In this document: positions 29,726 through 40,010 of the stretch, in pieces | Layout of the letters: each line of letters begins with the position of its first letter | Numbering within the stretch: position 1 is the stretch's first letter | Source: Flavobacteriales bacterium | GTDB taxonomy: Bacteria; Bacteroidota; Bacteroidia; Flavobacteriales; BACL11 | DNA: 64,000 nt | NCBI GenBank assembly: GCA_014239655.1 | Contig: JAAZYM010000057.1 | Location: 6,003 to 70,002, forward strand | Direction of reading: 5' to 3' | Notes under the pieces: generated by a model | What the model was told of the DNA's origin: nothing | The model's input: only the letters and a program-made list of their open reading frames with translations | Databases searched by the model: none | Program-made: the position numbers and the translations under genes

Positions 29726-29733
29726 TATATTTG
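29726..29733 (+). promoter_or_regulatory. -7 promoter box (TAnnTTTG)
   Basis: TATATTTG, 22 nt upstream of the ATG at 29756. Confidence 0.45.
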
Positions 29734-29755
29734 ACTCGCAAAATTAATTAAAGAA

Positions 29756-31045
29756 ATGAGATATCTAGCAATTAAAAATCAATTATTTATTAAAAATAGA
29801 AGCCTTTTTTTTAGCATGCTTGATGCTAATTGTATGTCTATTTTTAATTCAAATGATATTATGCCAACCAATGCAGATGGAACAATGCCATTTAGACAGA
29901 ATAATGACTTATTTTGGCTATCTGGAATTGATCAAGAGGAAAGCATTTTAATTATCTATCCTGATAATCCTAATAAAAAAGAGAAAGAAATACTATTTTT
30001 AAAAGAGACTTCAGAGTTAATTGCAATTTGGGAGGGTGCTAAACTTTCAAAATCTGAAGCTTTTACAACTTCAGGAATTAAATCGGTTTATTGGCTAAAT
30101 GAATTTGATGATAAATTAAATGAATTAGCACAAAAATGTGATGGAATCTATCTGAATAAAAATATCCATAGTCGTGCTGCATCACAAGTAGAGACAAGGG
30201 ATGATAGATTTAGAAATATGATTTCTAAGAAATTCTCTGATAAAAACATTAAGGAAGTAGCGCCAATTATGCATGGGCTTAGATCTATAAAATCAGATGC
30301 TGAGATTGCATTAATACAAAATGCTTGTGATATTACTGAAAAAGGGTTTAGAAGAATATTGCCTTTTATAAAGCCTGGAGTGATGGAGTATGATATTGAA
30401 GCAGAGTTTATGCACGAGTTTTTAAGTAACCGTTCTTCTGGTTTTGCATATCAGCCAATTATAGGTTCTGGTATAGACTCATGTGTTTTACATTATGTAG
30501 AAAATAATAAACAATGTAAAGATGGTGATGTTTTACTTATGGATTTTGGTGCTGAATACGCAAATTACGCATCTGATATGACAAGGACTATTCCAGTAAA
30601 CGGTAGGTTTTCTGATAGGCAAAAGGCAGTCTATCATTCTGTTTTGCATGTGATGAAAGAAGCTACTAATATGCTTAGGCCTGGAACAATTATAGCTGAA
30701 TACCATAAAGAAGTTGGTAAAATGATGGAGTCAGAATTAGTAACCCTAGCACTATTAGACAAACATGATATCAAAAAGCAAGACCCTAAAAACCCACTAT
30801 ATAAAAAATACTTTATGCACGGGACCTCACATTATTTAGGGCTTGATGTGCATGATGTAGGTGATTTTAATTCGCCAATGAAGGAAGGTATGGTTTTTAC
30901 ATGTGAGCCAGGAATCTATCTTCCAATGGAGGGAATTGGAATTAGACTAGAAAATGATATTTTAGTTACAGATGACAAGCCATTTGATTTGATGGGAAAT
31001 ATTCCTATTGAACTTAATGAGATAGAGGATTTAATGAGTAACTAA
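29756..31045 (+). CDS. pepP: Xaa-Pro aminopeptidase (M24B family)
   Basis: 429 aa. Has M24 metal ligands in context (DFGAEYANYASDMTRT, HGTSHYLGLDVHD, EPGIY, ENDILV) and an N-terminal creatinase-like domain. Confidence 0.85.
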   Translation: MRYLAIKNQLFIKNRSLFFSMLDANCMSIFNSNDIMPTNADGTMPFRQNNDLFWLSGIDQEESILIIYPDNPNKKEKEILFLKETSELIAIWEGAKLSKSEAFTTSGIKSVYWLNEFDDKLNELAQKCDGIYLNKNIHSRAASQVETRDDRFRNMISKKFSDKNIKEVAPIMHGLRSIKSDAEIALIQNACDITEKGFRRILPFIKPGVMEYDIEAEFMHEFLSNRSSGFAYQPIIGSGIDSCVLHYVENNKQCKDGDVLLMDFGAEYANYASDMTRTIPVNGRFSDRQKAVYHSVLHVMKEATNMLRPGTIIAEYHKEVGKMMESELVTLALLDKHDIKKQDPKNPLYKKYFMHGTSHYLGLDVHDVGDFNSPMKEGMVFTCEPGIYLPMEGIGIRLENDILVTDDKPFDLMGNIPIELNEIEDLMSN

Positions 31046-31110
31046 TCATAAACTATCCTTTGATTTGTTTTTTATAAATTCAAGACAATACTCTTCATTC
31101 TTCAAGTAAT

Positions 31111-31140
31111 AAAAGATCTCTTAATTGAGGTCTTTTATTT
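31111..31140. terminator. possible bidirectional terminator hairpin
   Basis: AAAAGATCTC-ttaatt-GAGGTCTTTT forms a 10-bp stem with one G-U pair, flanked by A/T runs. It lies between the convergent genes ending at 31045 and 31140. Confidence 0.5.
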
Positions 31141-31688
31141 TATGATAGCTGATATTTTTTGTAGTTAGTTTTATAATAATTATACAGTATAATATATGTT
31201 CCAAAAATTAGAATCCCATAAATAACTAAGTGATTATGAATCTCTCTATAAAACTCAGAATTATTTATTAAGAGCCACATAATTGTTGAAACTAATCCTG
31301 CGAAGACCAAATACCTTACAAGTATATTTCCAAAAGAGTAATGAAATCTTTTGCTTTTTAAGGAAGGTAGCTTATAGAGCATTGAAAGCACATTACTTTT
31401 CTTACCAAAATACATATATGCAATGAAATTACTAAAAGAATATCCTTTCTCTTGGGGATAGAGGATAATAGGTTTAAATAATATTAAATATAAAGTATAG
31501 CAAGTATAAATAGTTAATATTCCTATTACAAGTAAAAGCCAGAACCAATTAAATCCTAATACTGAAACTAAAGGATTTGCTTCTTTTTGCAAATCAGGAG
31601 TATGCTGAAAAGTACAATACGCATCATAAATTTTAGAAAATAACATCCAAAATAATATTATGAAAAACTTCAATCTTTTCATATTCAA
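31140..31688 (-). CDS. hypothetical membrane protein
   Basis: 182 aa with about 5 TM helices. The EANPL motif after the first helix is reminiscent of DUF5658-type membrane proteins. This is a weak call. Confidence 0.5.
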   Translation of the reverse strand: MNMKRLKFFIILFWMLFSKIYDAYCTFQHTPDLQKEANPLVSVLGFNWFWLLLVIGILTIYTCYTLYLILFKPIILYPQEKGYSFSNFIAYMYFGKKSNVLSMLYKLPSLKSKRFHYSFGNILVRYLVFAGLVSTIMWLLINNSEFYREIHNHLVIYGILIFGTYIILYNYYKTNYKKYQLS

Positions 31689-31712
31689 ATTATAACACCT
31701 TAATTGCTCTCG

Positions 31713-32768
31713 CTACTGTTCTTTCATGCCGTCCCATCCTTGAGCAGTGAGTGGGTGAATACTTCCATCTGTAGCAATAAAATTATTTCCTACAGAAATA
31801 TCTGTGACATATCCTACAATAGTGAAGTCAGGGTCTTTCTTTAACTTATCATAATCCTTTTGGTTAATAGAAAAAAGTAACTCATAGTCCTCTCCACCAG
31901 ACAAGGCGTAAGCAATTGGGTTTAAATTAAATTCTGAAGCTAAATTCATTATCGTATAGTCAATAGGAATTTTGTTCTCTTGTAAAGAAACGCCAACATT
32001 AGATGCTTTTGAGATATGTAATGCTTCTGAAGAAAGTCCATCAGAGATATCAATCATGGATGTTGGTGTAATAGAAAGCTCTTCAAGTATTTTTAAATAC
32101 TTAACCGGAGCCTCTGGTTTAAGCTGGCGATTAAGAGCATAATCATGTCCGCTTAAATCTGGCTGAACATTTGGATTTTCTTTAAAAATTTCTTTCTCTC
32201 TTTTTAAAAGTTGTAAGCCAAAATATGCGGCCCCTAAATCTCCAGTAACAACAAGCAAATCATTTACCTTAGCTCCATCTCTATATGTGATTTTTTTAGG
32301 ATCAACCTCCCCTAAAACTGAAACGCTAATTACTAATCCTGATAAAGAAGAAGTGGTGTCTCCACCAACTAAATCTATACTATACTCCTTGCATGCTAGT
32401 TTAATCCCTGAATACAGTTCATCTAAAGCCTCTACGCTAAATCTATTTGAAACTGCAATACTAATAGTAAGCTGACTAGTCCTACCATTCATAGCACATA
32501 TATCTGAAACATTAACAGCGACAGCTTTAAATCCTAAATGCTTTAATGGGGTGTATGAAAGATCAAAATGCACTCCTTCGACTAACATATCTGTGCTTAA
32601 TAGTTTATAATTCTTAGCTCCTTTAAAAACAGCACAATCATCACCAATACCTTTAATTGTGCTTTTGTTTTCACACTTAAAATCTTTAGTTAATCTTTCT
32701 ATTAATCCAAACTCACCAAGTGATGAAATAGGTGTTGTATTAATACTTTTGTCATCTATTAAAGTCAT
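31713..32768 (-). CDS. thiL: thiamine-monophosphate kinase
   Basis: 351 aa with a PurM-like fold. Has GIGDDCAV, DMLVEGVHF and a GGD...GG segment typical of ThiL. Confidence 0.85.
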   Translation of the reverse strand: MTLIDDKSINTTPISSLGEFGLIERLTKDFKCENKSTIKGIGDDCAVFKGAKNYKLLSTDMLVEGVHFDLSYTPLKHLGFKAVAVNVSDICAMNGRTSQLTISIAVSNRFSVEALDELYSGIKLACKEYSIDLVGGDTTSSLSGLVISVSVLGEVDPKKITYRDGAKVNDLLVVTGDLGAAYFGLQLLKREKEIFKENPNVQPDLSGHDYALNRQLKPEAPVKYLKILEELSITPTSMIDISDGLSSEALHISKASNVGVSLQENKIPIDYTIMNLASEFNLNPIAYALSGGEDYELLFSINQKDYDKLKKDPDFTIVGYVTDISVGNNFIATDGSIHPLTAQGWDGMKEQ

Positions 32769-32772
32769 AGGA

Positions 32773-32780
32773 CAAAGATA
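32773..32780 (-). promoter_or_regulatory. -7 promoter box (TAnnTTTG) abutting the start codon
   Basis: The minus strand reads TATCTTTG-tcct-ATG, leaving only 4 nt between the box and the thiL start at 32768. Confidence 0.4.
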
Positions 32781-32803
32781 CTCATTATATGTAATTCATT
32801 TTG

Positions 32804-32811
32804 TAATTTTG
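32804..32811 (+). promoter_or_regulatory. -7 promoter box (TAnnTTTG) for the SUF operon
   Basis: TAATTTTG, 25 nt upstream of the ATG at 32837. Confidence 0.45.
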
Positions 32812-32836
32812 CAGAAGTATACGTAAAAATTTATAA

Positions 32837-33160
32837 ATGATTAATATTAGCGATTCGGCAAGAGATAGACTGCTTCAAATAATGCAACAAGAAACGGCGA
32901 GAAAAAAATTTGTTCGTGTTGGTGTTGAAAGTGGTGGTTGTTCTGGATTAAGCTATAAGTTAGATTTTGATGTTAACAAAAATGATGACGATGAATTAAT
33001 CAAAGACAACCAAATACAATTACTAGTAAATAAAAAAAGTTTTCTTTACTTGGTAGGAACCACATTAGAATTCTCAGATGGATTAAATGGAAAGGGGTTT
33101 GTTTTTAGCAATCCAAACGCAAACAGAACTTGTGGTTGCGGCGAGAGTTTTTCGCTTTAA
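32837..33160 (+). CDS. A-type iron-sulfur cluster carrier (HesB/IscA/SufA family)
   Basis: 107 aa. Has GGCSGLSY and the C-terminal CGCGESF motif. Confidence 0.9.
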   Translation: MINISDSARDRLLQIMQQETARKKFVRVGVESGGCSGLSYKLDFDVNKNDDDELIKDNQIQLLVNKKSFLYLVGTTLEFSDGLNGKGFVFSNPNANRTCGCGESFSL

Positions 33161-33175
33161 AATCTAACTATCGCT

Positions 33176-34627
33176 ATGAGGGAGAAAAATTCAGAAGACG
33201 AATTATTAGAGCAAGTTACATCAACTGAATACAAGTATGGCTTTACAACCAAAATTGCTTCCGACACAATAGCTAAAGGGCTTAGTGAAGATGTGGTTCG
33301 TCTTATCTCTAAAAAGAAAGAGGAGCCTCAATGGATGCTGGATTATAGATTAAAAGCATACCATGCTTGGTTAGAAATGGAGGAGCCTGATTGGGCAAAT
33401 GTAAATTACCCTAAACCTGATTACCAGGAAATAATTTATTACTCTGCCCCAAAACAGAAAAAAAAATTAAATAGTCTTGATGACTTAGACCCAGAATTAA
33501 AGAAAACATTTGACAAATTAGGTATTTCGATAAATGAGCAAAAAAGACTTTCTGGGGTAGCTGTTGATATTGTCATGGATAGTGTTTCAGTAGCCACATC
33601 CTTTAAAAGTAAACTTGCGGAGCTAGGAATAATATTCTGTTCTATTTCGGAAGCAATCAAAGAACATACGGAATTAGTAAAAAAATACCTAGGGACAGTT
33701 GTTCCTGCTAGAGACAACTTCTTTTCAGCTCTTAATGCTGCTGTATTTTCTGATGGTTCATTTTGCTATATTCCAAAAGGATCTAAATGCCCAATGGAGC
33801 TGTCAACTTATTTTAGAATTAATGAAGCTGGAACAGGACAGTTTGAAAGAACATTGTTAATTGCAGATGAAGGGAGTTATGTAAGTTATTTAGAGGGATG
33901 CACTGCTCCTCAAAGAGATGAAAACCAATTACACGCTGCAGTAGTAGAGCTTATTGCTCTTGATAATGCAGAAATAAAATATTCTACAGTTCAAAACTGG
34001 TATCCCGGTGATAAAGACGGGAAGGGAGGTGTTTTTAATTTTGTAACTAAAAGAGGGGTTTGTTATAAAAATTCCAAAATTTCTTGGACCCAAGTAGAAA
34101 CAGGCTCAGCAGTAACCTGGAAGTATCCCTCTTGTATTTTAAAGGGTGATAATTCTGTTGGAGAGTTTTTTTCAGTAGCAGTTACAAATAATTTACAACA
34201 AGCTGATACTGGAACAAAAATGATTCATTTAGGTAAAAATTCGAAAAGCACAATCATTGCAAAAGGTATTTGTGCCGGAAAAAGCAATGGTAGTTATAGG
34301 GGATTAGTTCAAATATCTAAAGGGGCTAAAAATTCCAGAAATTTTTCGCAGTGTGATTCTTTATTAATGGGCGATAAATGTGGGTCACATACCTTTCCGT
34401 ATATTGAAGTTAAAAACAGTAGTTCTAAAGTTGAACATGAGGCTACTACATCTAAAATTGGAGAAGATCAAATCTTTTATTGCAATCAAAGAGGTATTGG
34501 AACAGAAGAAGCGATTGCGATGATAGTAAATGGGTATTGTAAAGATGTTTTAAGTCAGCTTCCTATGGAATTTGCTGTTGAAGCTCAAAAATTATTGGAA
34601 ATAAGTTTAGAAGGAAGTGTCGGATAA
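33176..34627 (+). CDS. sufB: Fe-S cluster assembly protein SufB
   Basis: 483 aa. Has YKYGF near the N-terminus, a beta-helix core and the EGCTAP and HEATTSKI segments typical of SufB. Confidence 0.95.
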   Translation: MREKNSEDELLEQVTSTEYKYGFTTKIASDTIAKGLSEDVVRLISKKKEEPQWMLDYRLKAYHAWLEMEEPDWANVNYPKPDYQEIIYYSAPKQKKKLNSLDDLDPELKKTFDKLGISINEQKRLSGVAVDIVMDSVSVATSFKSKLAELGIIFCSISEAIKEHTELVKKYLGTVVPARDNFFSALNAAVFSDGSFCYIPKGSKCPMELSTYFRINEAGTGQFERTLLIADEGSYVSYLEGCTAPQRDENQLHAAVVELIALDNAEIKYSTVQNWYPGDKDGKGGVFNFVTKRGVCYKNSKISWTQVETGSAVTWKYPSCILKGDNSVGEFFSVAVTNNLQQADTGTKMIHLGKNSKSTIIAKGICAGKSNGSYRGLVQISKGAKNSRNFSQCDSLLMGDKCGSHTFPYIEVKNSSSKVEHEATTSKIGEDQIFYCNQRGIGTEEAIAMIVNGYCKDVLSQLPMEFAVEAQKLLEISLEGSVG

Positions 34628-34638
34628 ATAACAATATT

Positions 34639-35403
34639 ATGTTAAAAATAGAAAATTTAAACGCAGGTGTTGAAGAAACAAAAATACTTAATGGAATTAA
34701 TCTAACTGTTAAGCCAGGAGAGGTACATGCTATAATGGGGCCAAATGGTTCAGGGAAAAGCACCCTCTCTTCTGTAATTGCTGGTAGTGACGATTATGAG
34801 GTAACATCTGGCTCAGTATCATTCTATGGAGATGATTTATTAAGTCTGGATCCAGATGAAAGAGCACATAAGGGGGTTTTTCTTTCCTTTCAGTATCCTG
34901 TGGAAATCCCTGGGATTAGTGTGTCCAATTTTATAAAAGCAGCAATTACAGAAAAAAGAAAAAAAATTGGCCTTAAGCCAATTTCGGCAAAAGAATTACT
35001 TTCAAAGATGCGAGAAAAAATGGCGCTCCTTAATATAAAACCAGGATATCTATCAAGAAATATGAATGAGGGATTCTCTGGAGGAGAAAAGAAAAGAAAT
35101 GAAATTTTTCAAATGGCTATGTTAGAGCCAAAATTATCGATACTTGATGAAACAGATTCAGGACTCGATATTGATGCATTAAAAACAGTTGCTGCTGGAG
35201 TAAATAAACTCAAGAATGAAGAAAATGCAACAATTATTATTACCCATTATCAGCGTCTTCTTGATTACATAATCCCTGACTTTGTTCATGTTCTACATAA
35301 TGGAAGGATTATTAAATCCGGAGGAAAAGAGCTGGCTAAAGAATTAGAACTAAATGGGTACGATTGGATAACTAAAGAAGCTGATAAAAAATGGGGTTGT
35401 TAG
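34639..35403 (+). CDS. sufC: Fe-S cluster assembly ATPase SufC
   Basis: 254 aa. Has Walker A GPNGSGKST, the signature FSGGEKKR and Walker B LSILDETDSGLD. Confidence 0.95.
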   Translation: MLKIENLNAGVEETKILNGINLTVKPGEVHAIMGPNGSGKSTLSSVIAGSDDYEVTSGSVSFYGDDLLSLDPDERAHKGVFLSFQYPVEIPGISVSNFIKAAITEKRKKIGLKPISAKELLSKMREKMALLNIKPGYLSRNMNEGFSGGEKKRNEIFQMAMLEPKLSILDETDSGLDIDALKTVAAGVNKLKNEENATIIITHYQRLLDYIIPDFVHVLHNGRIIKSGGKELAKELELNGYDWITKEADKKWGC

Positions 35404-36611
35404 AAGGTATAAAAAAATATAGCCAGGAAAATCCAGCTATTAATACGCAAAATAAAGAAGCTTTCTCAATGTTTCTCGAACTAGGGTTTCCTACGAAAAA
35501 TGATGAGGAATGGAAATACACATCGTTAAAAAAAATTATATCTAAAGAATACAAGATTGAAAACAAGGGAGAAAAAATAAATGAAAATGAAATTACAGAG
35601 TCTAGTTTAGGTCTTGGTGAAAAAATAATTTTCCTAAATGGAGAGCTCTTAAGAAACCCTGAAATTTCAGGGGTTACAGTAACAAAAAAAACAAATAACA
35701 ATCCAAAATATCATGACGCCATAACCGCCCTAAATGCTGCTTACGCCAAAAACGGATATAATATAGTGGTAAAGAAAAACACTCAAATAACAGAGCCTTT
35801 GGAAATCTTATTTTTAACTAAGAATGCTTCTAATAACTTTATTCAATACAACAATAGTATTCTTTTACAGGAAAACTCCAGTATTAAAATTTTAGAGAAT
35901 ATTAAAAATTTAACTCAAAATCTATGTTTTACCAATACAAAGACGGAAATCAAAATTAATAATGGGGGGGTTCTGGAATTAAATAAAATACAAGATTATA
36001 GTGACTCTCAATTTTTAATAGACAATACAAATATTGTTCAAGACAGTAAAAGTTGTTCGACAATTAACACAATGCTTTTAGGGGGTGCTTTTACACGAAA
36101 CAACCTAAGCTTTATACAAAATGGTGCGCATTGCGAGAGCAACATGAATGGTATTACAGTATTAAATAATAATGAGTTTGGAGACCATCATACTTATATA
36201 GACCATAAAAATGAAAAGTGCGAAAGCAATGAGATGTATAAAGGAGTATATGCAGGAAAGTCTAATGGTGTGTTTAATGGGAAAATTATGGTCCGACCAG
36301 ATGCTCAAAAAATTAATGCTTTTCAGGCCAATAACAACCTGCTGTTGAGTGATGATTGTTCTATTAATAGTAAGCCTCAATTAGAAATATATGCTGACGA
36401 TGTTAAATGTAGCCATGGATGTACTATTGGACAATTAGATGAAAAGGCTCTTTTTTATATGAGAACTAGAGGAATATCAGAAAAAGATGCGAGACAAATT
36501 CTAACTTTTGCTTTTGTAGCTGAAGCTCTTGAAAAAATTACTGTTCCTTCTCTTTATGAAAAAAGCAAAGCATTGATAGAAGCAAAACTAAATGTTAGTC
36601 TAAGCATATAA
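35391..36611 (+). CDS. sufD: Fe-S cluster assembly protein SufD
   Basis: 406 aa. Has GFPTKNDEEWKYTSL near the N-terminus and the C-terminal PQLEIYADDVKCSHGCTIGQLDE motif. It overlaps sufC by 13 nt. Confidence 0.85.
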   Translation: MGLLEGIKKYSQENPAINTQNKEAFSMFLELGFPTKNDEEWKYTSLKKIISKEYKIENKGEKINENEITESSLGLGEKIIFLNGELLRNPEISGVTVTKKTNNNPKYHDAITALNAAYAKNGYNIVVKKNTQITEPLEILFLTKNASNNFIQYNNSILLQENSSIKILENIKNLTQNLCFTNTKTEIKINNGGVLELNKIQDYSDSQFLIDNTNIVQDSKSCSTINTMLLGGAFTRNNLSFIQNGAHCESNMNGITVLNNNEFGDHHTYIDHKNEKCESNEMYKGVYAGKSNGVFNGKIMVRPDAQKINAFQANNNLLLSDDCSINSKPQLEIYADDVKCSHGCTIGQLDEKALFYMRTRGISEKDARQILTFAFVAEALEKITVPSLYEKSKALIEAKLNVSLSI

Positions 36612-36613
36612 CA

Positions 36614-37828
36614 ATGAGCAACAAAAATAATATACAAAGCCTGTTCCCAATACTAAAATCTAGTGTTAATAATAATAAGCTAGTTTATCTAGACAATGCA
36701 GCAACTACCCAAAAACCAAATTCAGTTATTGCTGAAATTAACAAGTTCTATCTAAAAGAAAATAGTAATATCCATAGGGGCGTACATCATCTGAGTCAGG
36801 TAGCAACAAAAAAATATGAGAATAGTCGACTTGTTACTCAGAATTTTATTAATGCCCGTCATAGTCACGAAATTATATTTACTAAAGGGACAACCGACTC
36901 AATTAATCTTTTGGCTTCTAGTTTTGGACAGTTATTGAAAAAGGGAGATGAAATTATAATTTCTGAAATGGAGCATCACTCTAATATGGTTCCTTGGCAA
37001 ATGTGCTGTGAAAGATCTGGCGCAAAACTTAAAATCATACCCTGTAATAAAATAGGGGAATTAGATCTAGATATGTTTAATCAACTTATTTCAAATAAAA
37101 CAAAGATTGTATCGGTAACACATATATCTAATAGCCTAGGAACTATCAACCCAATAAGAAAAATCATTGAAATAAGTCATCAAAAAAATGTACAAGTTAT
37201 TATAGATGGAGCTCAAGCAGCAGCTCATGTAAAACTAGATATGCAAAAGTTAGATGCTGATTTTTATTGCTTCTCTGCTCACAAACTATACGGACCAACA
37301 GGGGTTGGGGTTTTATATGGTAAAGAAAATTTACTTAATCTACTCCCTCCTTATCAGGGTGGCGGAGAAATGATTAAAGATGTTAGCTTACTCAAAACAA
37401 CATATGCAGATCTGCCGCATAAATTCGAGGCCGGAACACCTAATATTGCTGGTGTTATTGCATTTAAAAAATCTTTGGATTTTATTACCGAAACTGGACT
37501 AGGTAACATAAAAACACATGAAGATAAGTTGTTGGATTATGCAACGGAAAAACTAAATTCTATTAAAGGATTAAAGATTATAGGAACTTCTTCTGATAAA
37601 TCAGCAATAATTTCATTCATAATTCAAGATATACATCACTACGACCTAGGGCTGCTATTAGATAAAATGGGGGTAGCTATTAGGACTGGCCATCATTGCA
37701 CTCAGCCCATCATGAAAAAGTTTAAAATCTCTGGAACATCACGCATTTCATTTGCATACTACAATACCATTGAAGAGATTGACCATTTAATATTAGCTAT
37801 AAATAAAGCAATTAAAATGCTCTCTTAA
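36614..37828 (+). CDS. sufS: cysteine desulfurase, SufS subfamily
   Basis: 404 aa. Has IHRGVHHLS, the PLP lysine in FSAHKLYGPTGVG and the catalytic loop RTGHHCTQP. Confidence 0.95.
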   Translation: MSNKNNIQSLFPILKSSVNNNKLVYLDNAATTQKPNSVIAEINKFYLKENSNIHRGVHHLSQVATKKYENSRLVTQNFINARHSHEIIFTKGTTDSINLLASSFGQLLKKGDEIIISEMEHHSNMVPWQMCCERSGAKLKIIPCNKIGELDLDMFNQLISNKTKIVSVTHISNSLGTINPIRKIIEISHQKNVQVIIDGAQAAAHVKLDMQKLDADFYCFSAHKLYGPTGVGVLYGKENLLNLLPPYQGGGEMIKDVSLLKTTYADLPHKFEAGTPNIAGVIAFKKSLDFITETGLGNIKTHEDKLLDYATEKLNSIKGLKIIGTSSDKSAIISFIIQDIHHYDLGLLLDKMGVAIRTGHHCTQPIMKKFKISGTSRISFAYYNTIEEIDHLILAINKAIKMLS

Positions 37829-37829
37829 T

Positions 37830-38255
37830 ATGAATATGTCAATAAGCGAAATAGAACATGAAATTATAGAGGAGTTTGGGGTGTTTGAAAATTGGGTTGA
37901 CAAATATGACTATTTAATTGATCTTGGAAAATCAATTCCCAAAATTAACCCCATCTATAAAACAGATGAAAATACTATAAGCGGCTGTCAATCTCAAGTT
38001 TGGCTACATGCAAAATGTGAAAATAGTGTTATTGTATTTACAGCAGATAGCGATGCAATTATGACTAAAGGAATTGTAGCTCTTTTAATACGAGTTCTAT
38101 CTAATCAAAAACCCGAAAAAATACTTGATGCTAAACTAGATTTTATTGCCAAAATAGGGCTGGAAGAACAGCTCTCTCAAACTAGAGCAACGGGCCTTAG
38201 CTCTATGATAAAACAAATGAAGATTTATGCATTTGCATTTAAAGAAAAACTATGA
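37830..38255 (+). CDS. sufE: SufE family sulfur acceptor protein
   Basis: 141 aa. Has the ISGCQSQVW active-site Cys motif. Confidence 0.85.
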   Translation: MNMSISEIEHEIIEEFGVFENWVDKYDYLIDLGKSIPKINPIYKTDENTISGCQSQVWLHAKCENSVIVFTADSDAIMTKGIVALLIRVLSNQKPEKILDAKLDFIAKIGLEEQLSQTRATGLSSMIKQMKIYAFAFKEKL

Positions 38256-38575
38256 TATCTGATATTGAAATAAAAAAACTCGGTGAAGAAATTATAAAGA
38301 TAATATGTACAATATTTGACCCCGAAATACCTGTTAATATATATGAGCTTGGTTTAATTTATGATGTTGAAGTTAGCGAAGAGGGCAATGTACGAATTAC
38401 TATGACACTTACCTCGCCTAATTGTCCTGTAGCAGAAAGTTTACCTCTAGAAGTAGAGGAAAAGGTTAAGTCTATCGACTTAATTAATGATGTGAAAGTT
38501 AATATTGTTTTTGAGCCGCCCTGGACAAAAGATATGATGAGTGAAGAAGCAAAATTAGAATTAGGAATGTTATAA
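38252..38575 (+). CDS. DUF59/SufT-like Fe-S assembly protein
   Basis: 107 aa. Has DPEIPVNIYELGLIY and LTSPNCP motifs of the MIP18/DUF59 family. Its start overlaps the sufE stop by 4 nt. Confidence 0.8.
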   Translation: MISDIEIKKLGEEIIKIICTIFDPEIPVNIYELGLIYDVEVSEEGNVRITMTLTSPNCPVAESLPLEVEEKVKSIDLINDVKVNIVFEPPWTKDMMSEEAKLELGML

Positions 38576-39094
38576 ATGAAGAATGAGATTGTAAATAAGG
38601 TTGCAAAAAGCGGATTAGTTAATATTGATCTTTCAGATTATGCGCCAAAAGAAGAAATTACAGGGATTGACATAAAACAATTCCTTTTTGAAGGGGTTTT
38701 GTTGAAGGAGAAAGCTTTTAGAAAGAACCTACAGGCATTTGATTTTCAAAAATATCAAAATAGAATTGTGGGTGTTTACTGTAGCGCAGATGCTGTAATT
38801 CCAATGTGGGCATATATGCTAGTGGTGACCTGCTTAAATCCTTGGTGCACTAAAATATTTTTTGGTAATAAAGAGCAGGCTCTTCAACAATCAATCTTAG
38901 AAAGAATTAACAATATAGATGTTCAAAAATTTAAAAACAAAAAAGTAATTGTTAATGGATGTAGCAACATTCAATTAAGCGAAAAAGCATATATAGCTAT
39001 TGTAAAAAAATTACAAAATAATGTGCAGAGCCTAATGTTTGGGGAAGCCTGTTCGGCGGTCCCTATCTATAAAAAAGAAATAAATAAATCCTAG
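38576..39094 (+). CDS. hypothetical protein, DUF2480-like, last gene of the SUF operon
   Basis: 172 aa. It starts immediately after the upstream stop codon (TAAATG). It has several Cys residues but no recognised catalytic motif. The family name is from memory of Flavobacteriia suf loci and is unverified. Confidence 0.55.
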   Translation: MKNEIVNKVAKSGLVNIDLSDYAPKEEITGIDIKQFLFEGVLLKEKAFRKNLQAFDFQKYQNRIVGVYCSADAVIPMWAYMLVVTCLNPWCTKIFFGNKEQALQQSILERINNIDVQKFKNKKVIVNGCSNIQLSEKAYIAIVKKLQNNVQSLMFGEACSAVPIYKKEINKS

Positions 39095-39160
39095 AATAGC
39101 GACAGTAAACAAGAAGCTAAAAGAAATTGCGGGATGTCATTCTGTTAAATCTATAAAAAA

Positions 39161-39910
39161 TTATGTGTTTTTTTGCTCTTCAAAAACCTTAGTAGATTTC
39201 TGAACCAACTGCTTGATTTGATTTAATTCTTTTGGGGTAAATTTTCTATATTCTCCAACCGGAATATCTAGCGTTATATTCATAATCCTGATTCTTTTTA
39301 AAGAAACAACCCTATATCCTAAATATTCACACATTCTTCTAATCTGTCTATTTAAGCCTTGTGTTAAAATTATTTTAAATTTCTTTTTATCTGTTTGCTT
39401 AACAAAACAATTGTTGGTTACTGTGTCTAAAACAGGGACCCCCGAACTCATTAATCTTACAAAATCTTTAGTTACTGGCTTATTAACCTCGACAACATAT
39501 TCTTTTTCGTGCTGATTATTGGCCCTTAGTATCTTATTAACGATATCACCATCATTAGTTAAAAAAATCAAGCCTTCTGAGGGCTTGTCTAACCTTCCTA
39601 TTGGAAAAATTCTTGTCGGATAATTAATGTAATCAATGATATTATTTTTTTCTCTTCTCGTATCTGTTGTGCAGACAATTCCCACTGGCTTATTAAATGC
39701 GATATATATGTTTTTTTTCTTACTGCTTTTTTCAACTACCTTATTGTTAACTTTAATGACTTCGGTGCCAATTACTTTTTGACCCATAACAGCTGTCTCT
39801 CCATTAATAGTTATTCGACCCTGCTCAATTAAGGTGTCTGCTTTTCTTCTTGAACAATAACCGATCTCGCTCAAAAACTTATTTATTCTTATTAATTGTT
39901 CTTCCAACAT
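39161..39910 (-). CDS. RsuA/RluF-family rRNA pseudouridine synthase
   Basis: 249 aa. Has an N-terminal S4 domain (INKFLSEIGYCSRRKAD) and the catalytic GRLDKPSEGL aspartate motif. Confidence 0.85.
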   Translation of the reverse strand: MLEEQLIRINKFLSEIGYCSRRKADTLIEQGRITINGETAVMGQKVIGTEVIKVNNKVVEKSSKKKNIYIAFNKPVGIVCTTDTRREKNNIIDYINYPTRIFPIGRLDKPSEGLIFLTNDGDIVNKILRANNQHEKEYVVEVNKPVTKDFVRLMSSGVPVLDTVTNNCFVKQTDKKKFKIILTQGLNRQIRRMCEYLGYRVVSLKRIRIMNITLDIPVGEYRKFTPKELNQIKQLVQKSTKVFEEQKNT

Positions 39911-39918
39911 GATATTGA

Positions 39919-39926
39919 CAAAAATA
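39919..39926 (-). promoter_or_regulatory. -7 promoter box (TAnnTTTG)
   Basis: The minus strand reads TATTTTTG, 8 nt upstream of the ATG at 39910. Confidence 0.4.
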
Positions 39927-39975
39927 CATTAAAGTTTTTGTAATTCTATCTGTAAATTAAATATGAAATTTAATT

Positions 39976-39983
39976 TATATTTG
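39976..39983 (+). promoter_or_regulatory. -7 promoter box (TAnnTTTG)
   Basis: TATATTTG, 27 nt upstream of the ATG at 40011. Confidence 0.45.
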
Positions 39984-40010
39984 CCCTCAACCTAATTTAA
40001 AAAACTTGTC

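Noticed and set aside
35372-35701. 109-aa minus-strand ORF at the sufC/sufD junction
   Set aside because: It is antisense to the tightly coupled SUF operon, with a low-complexity Phe/Ser-rich translation.
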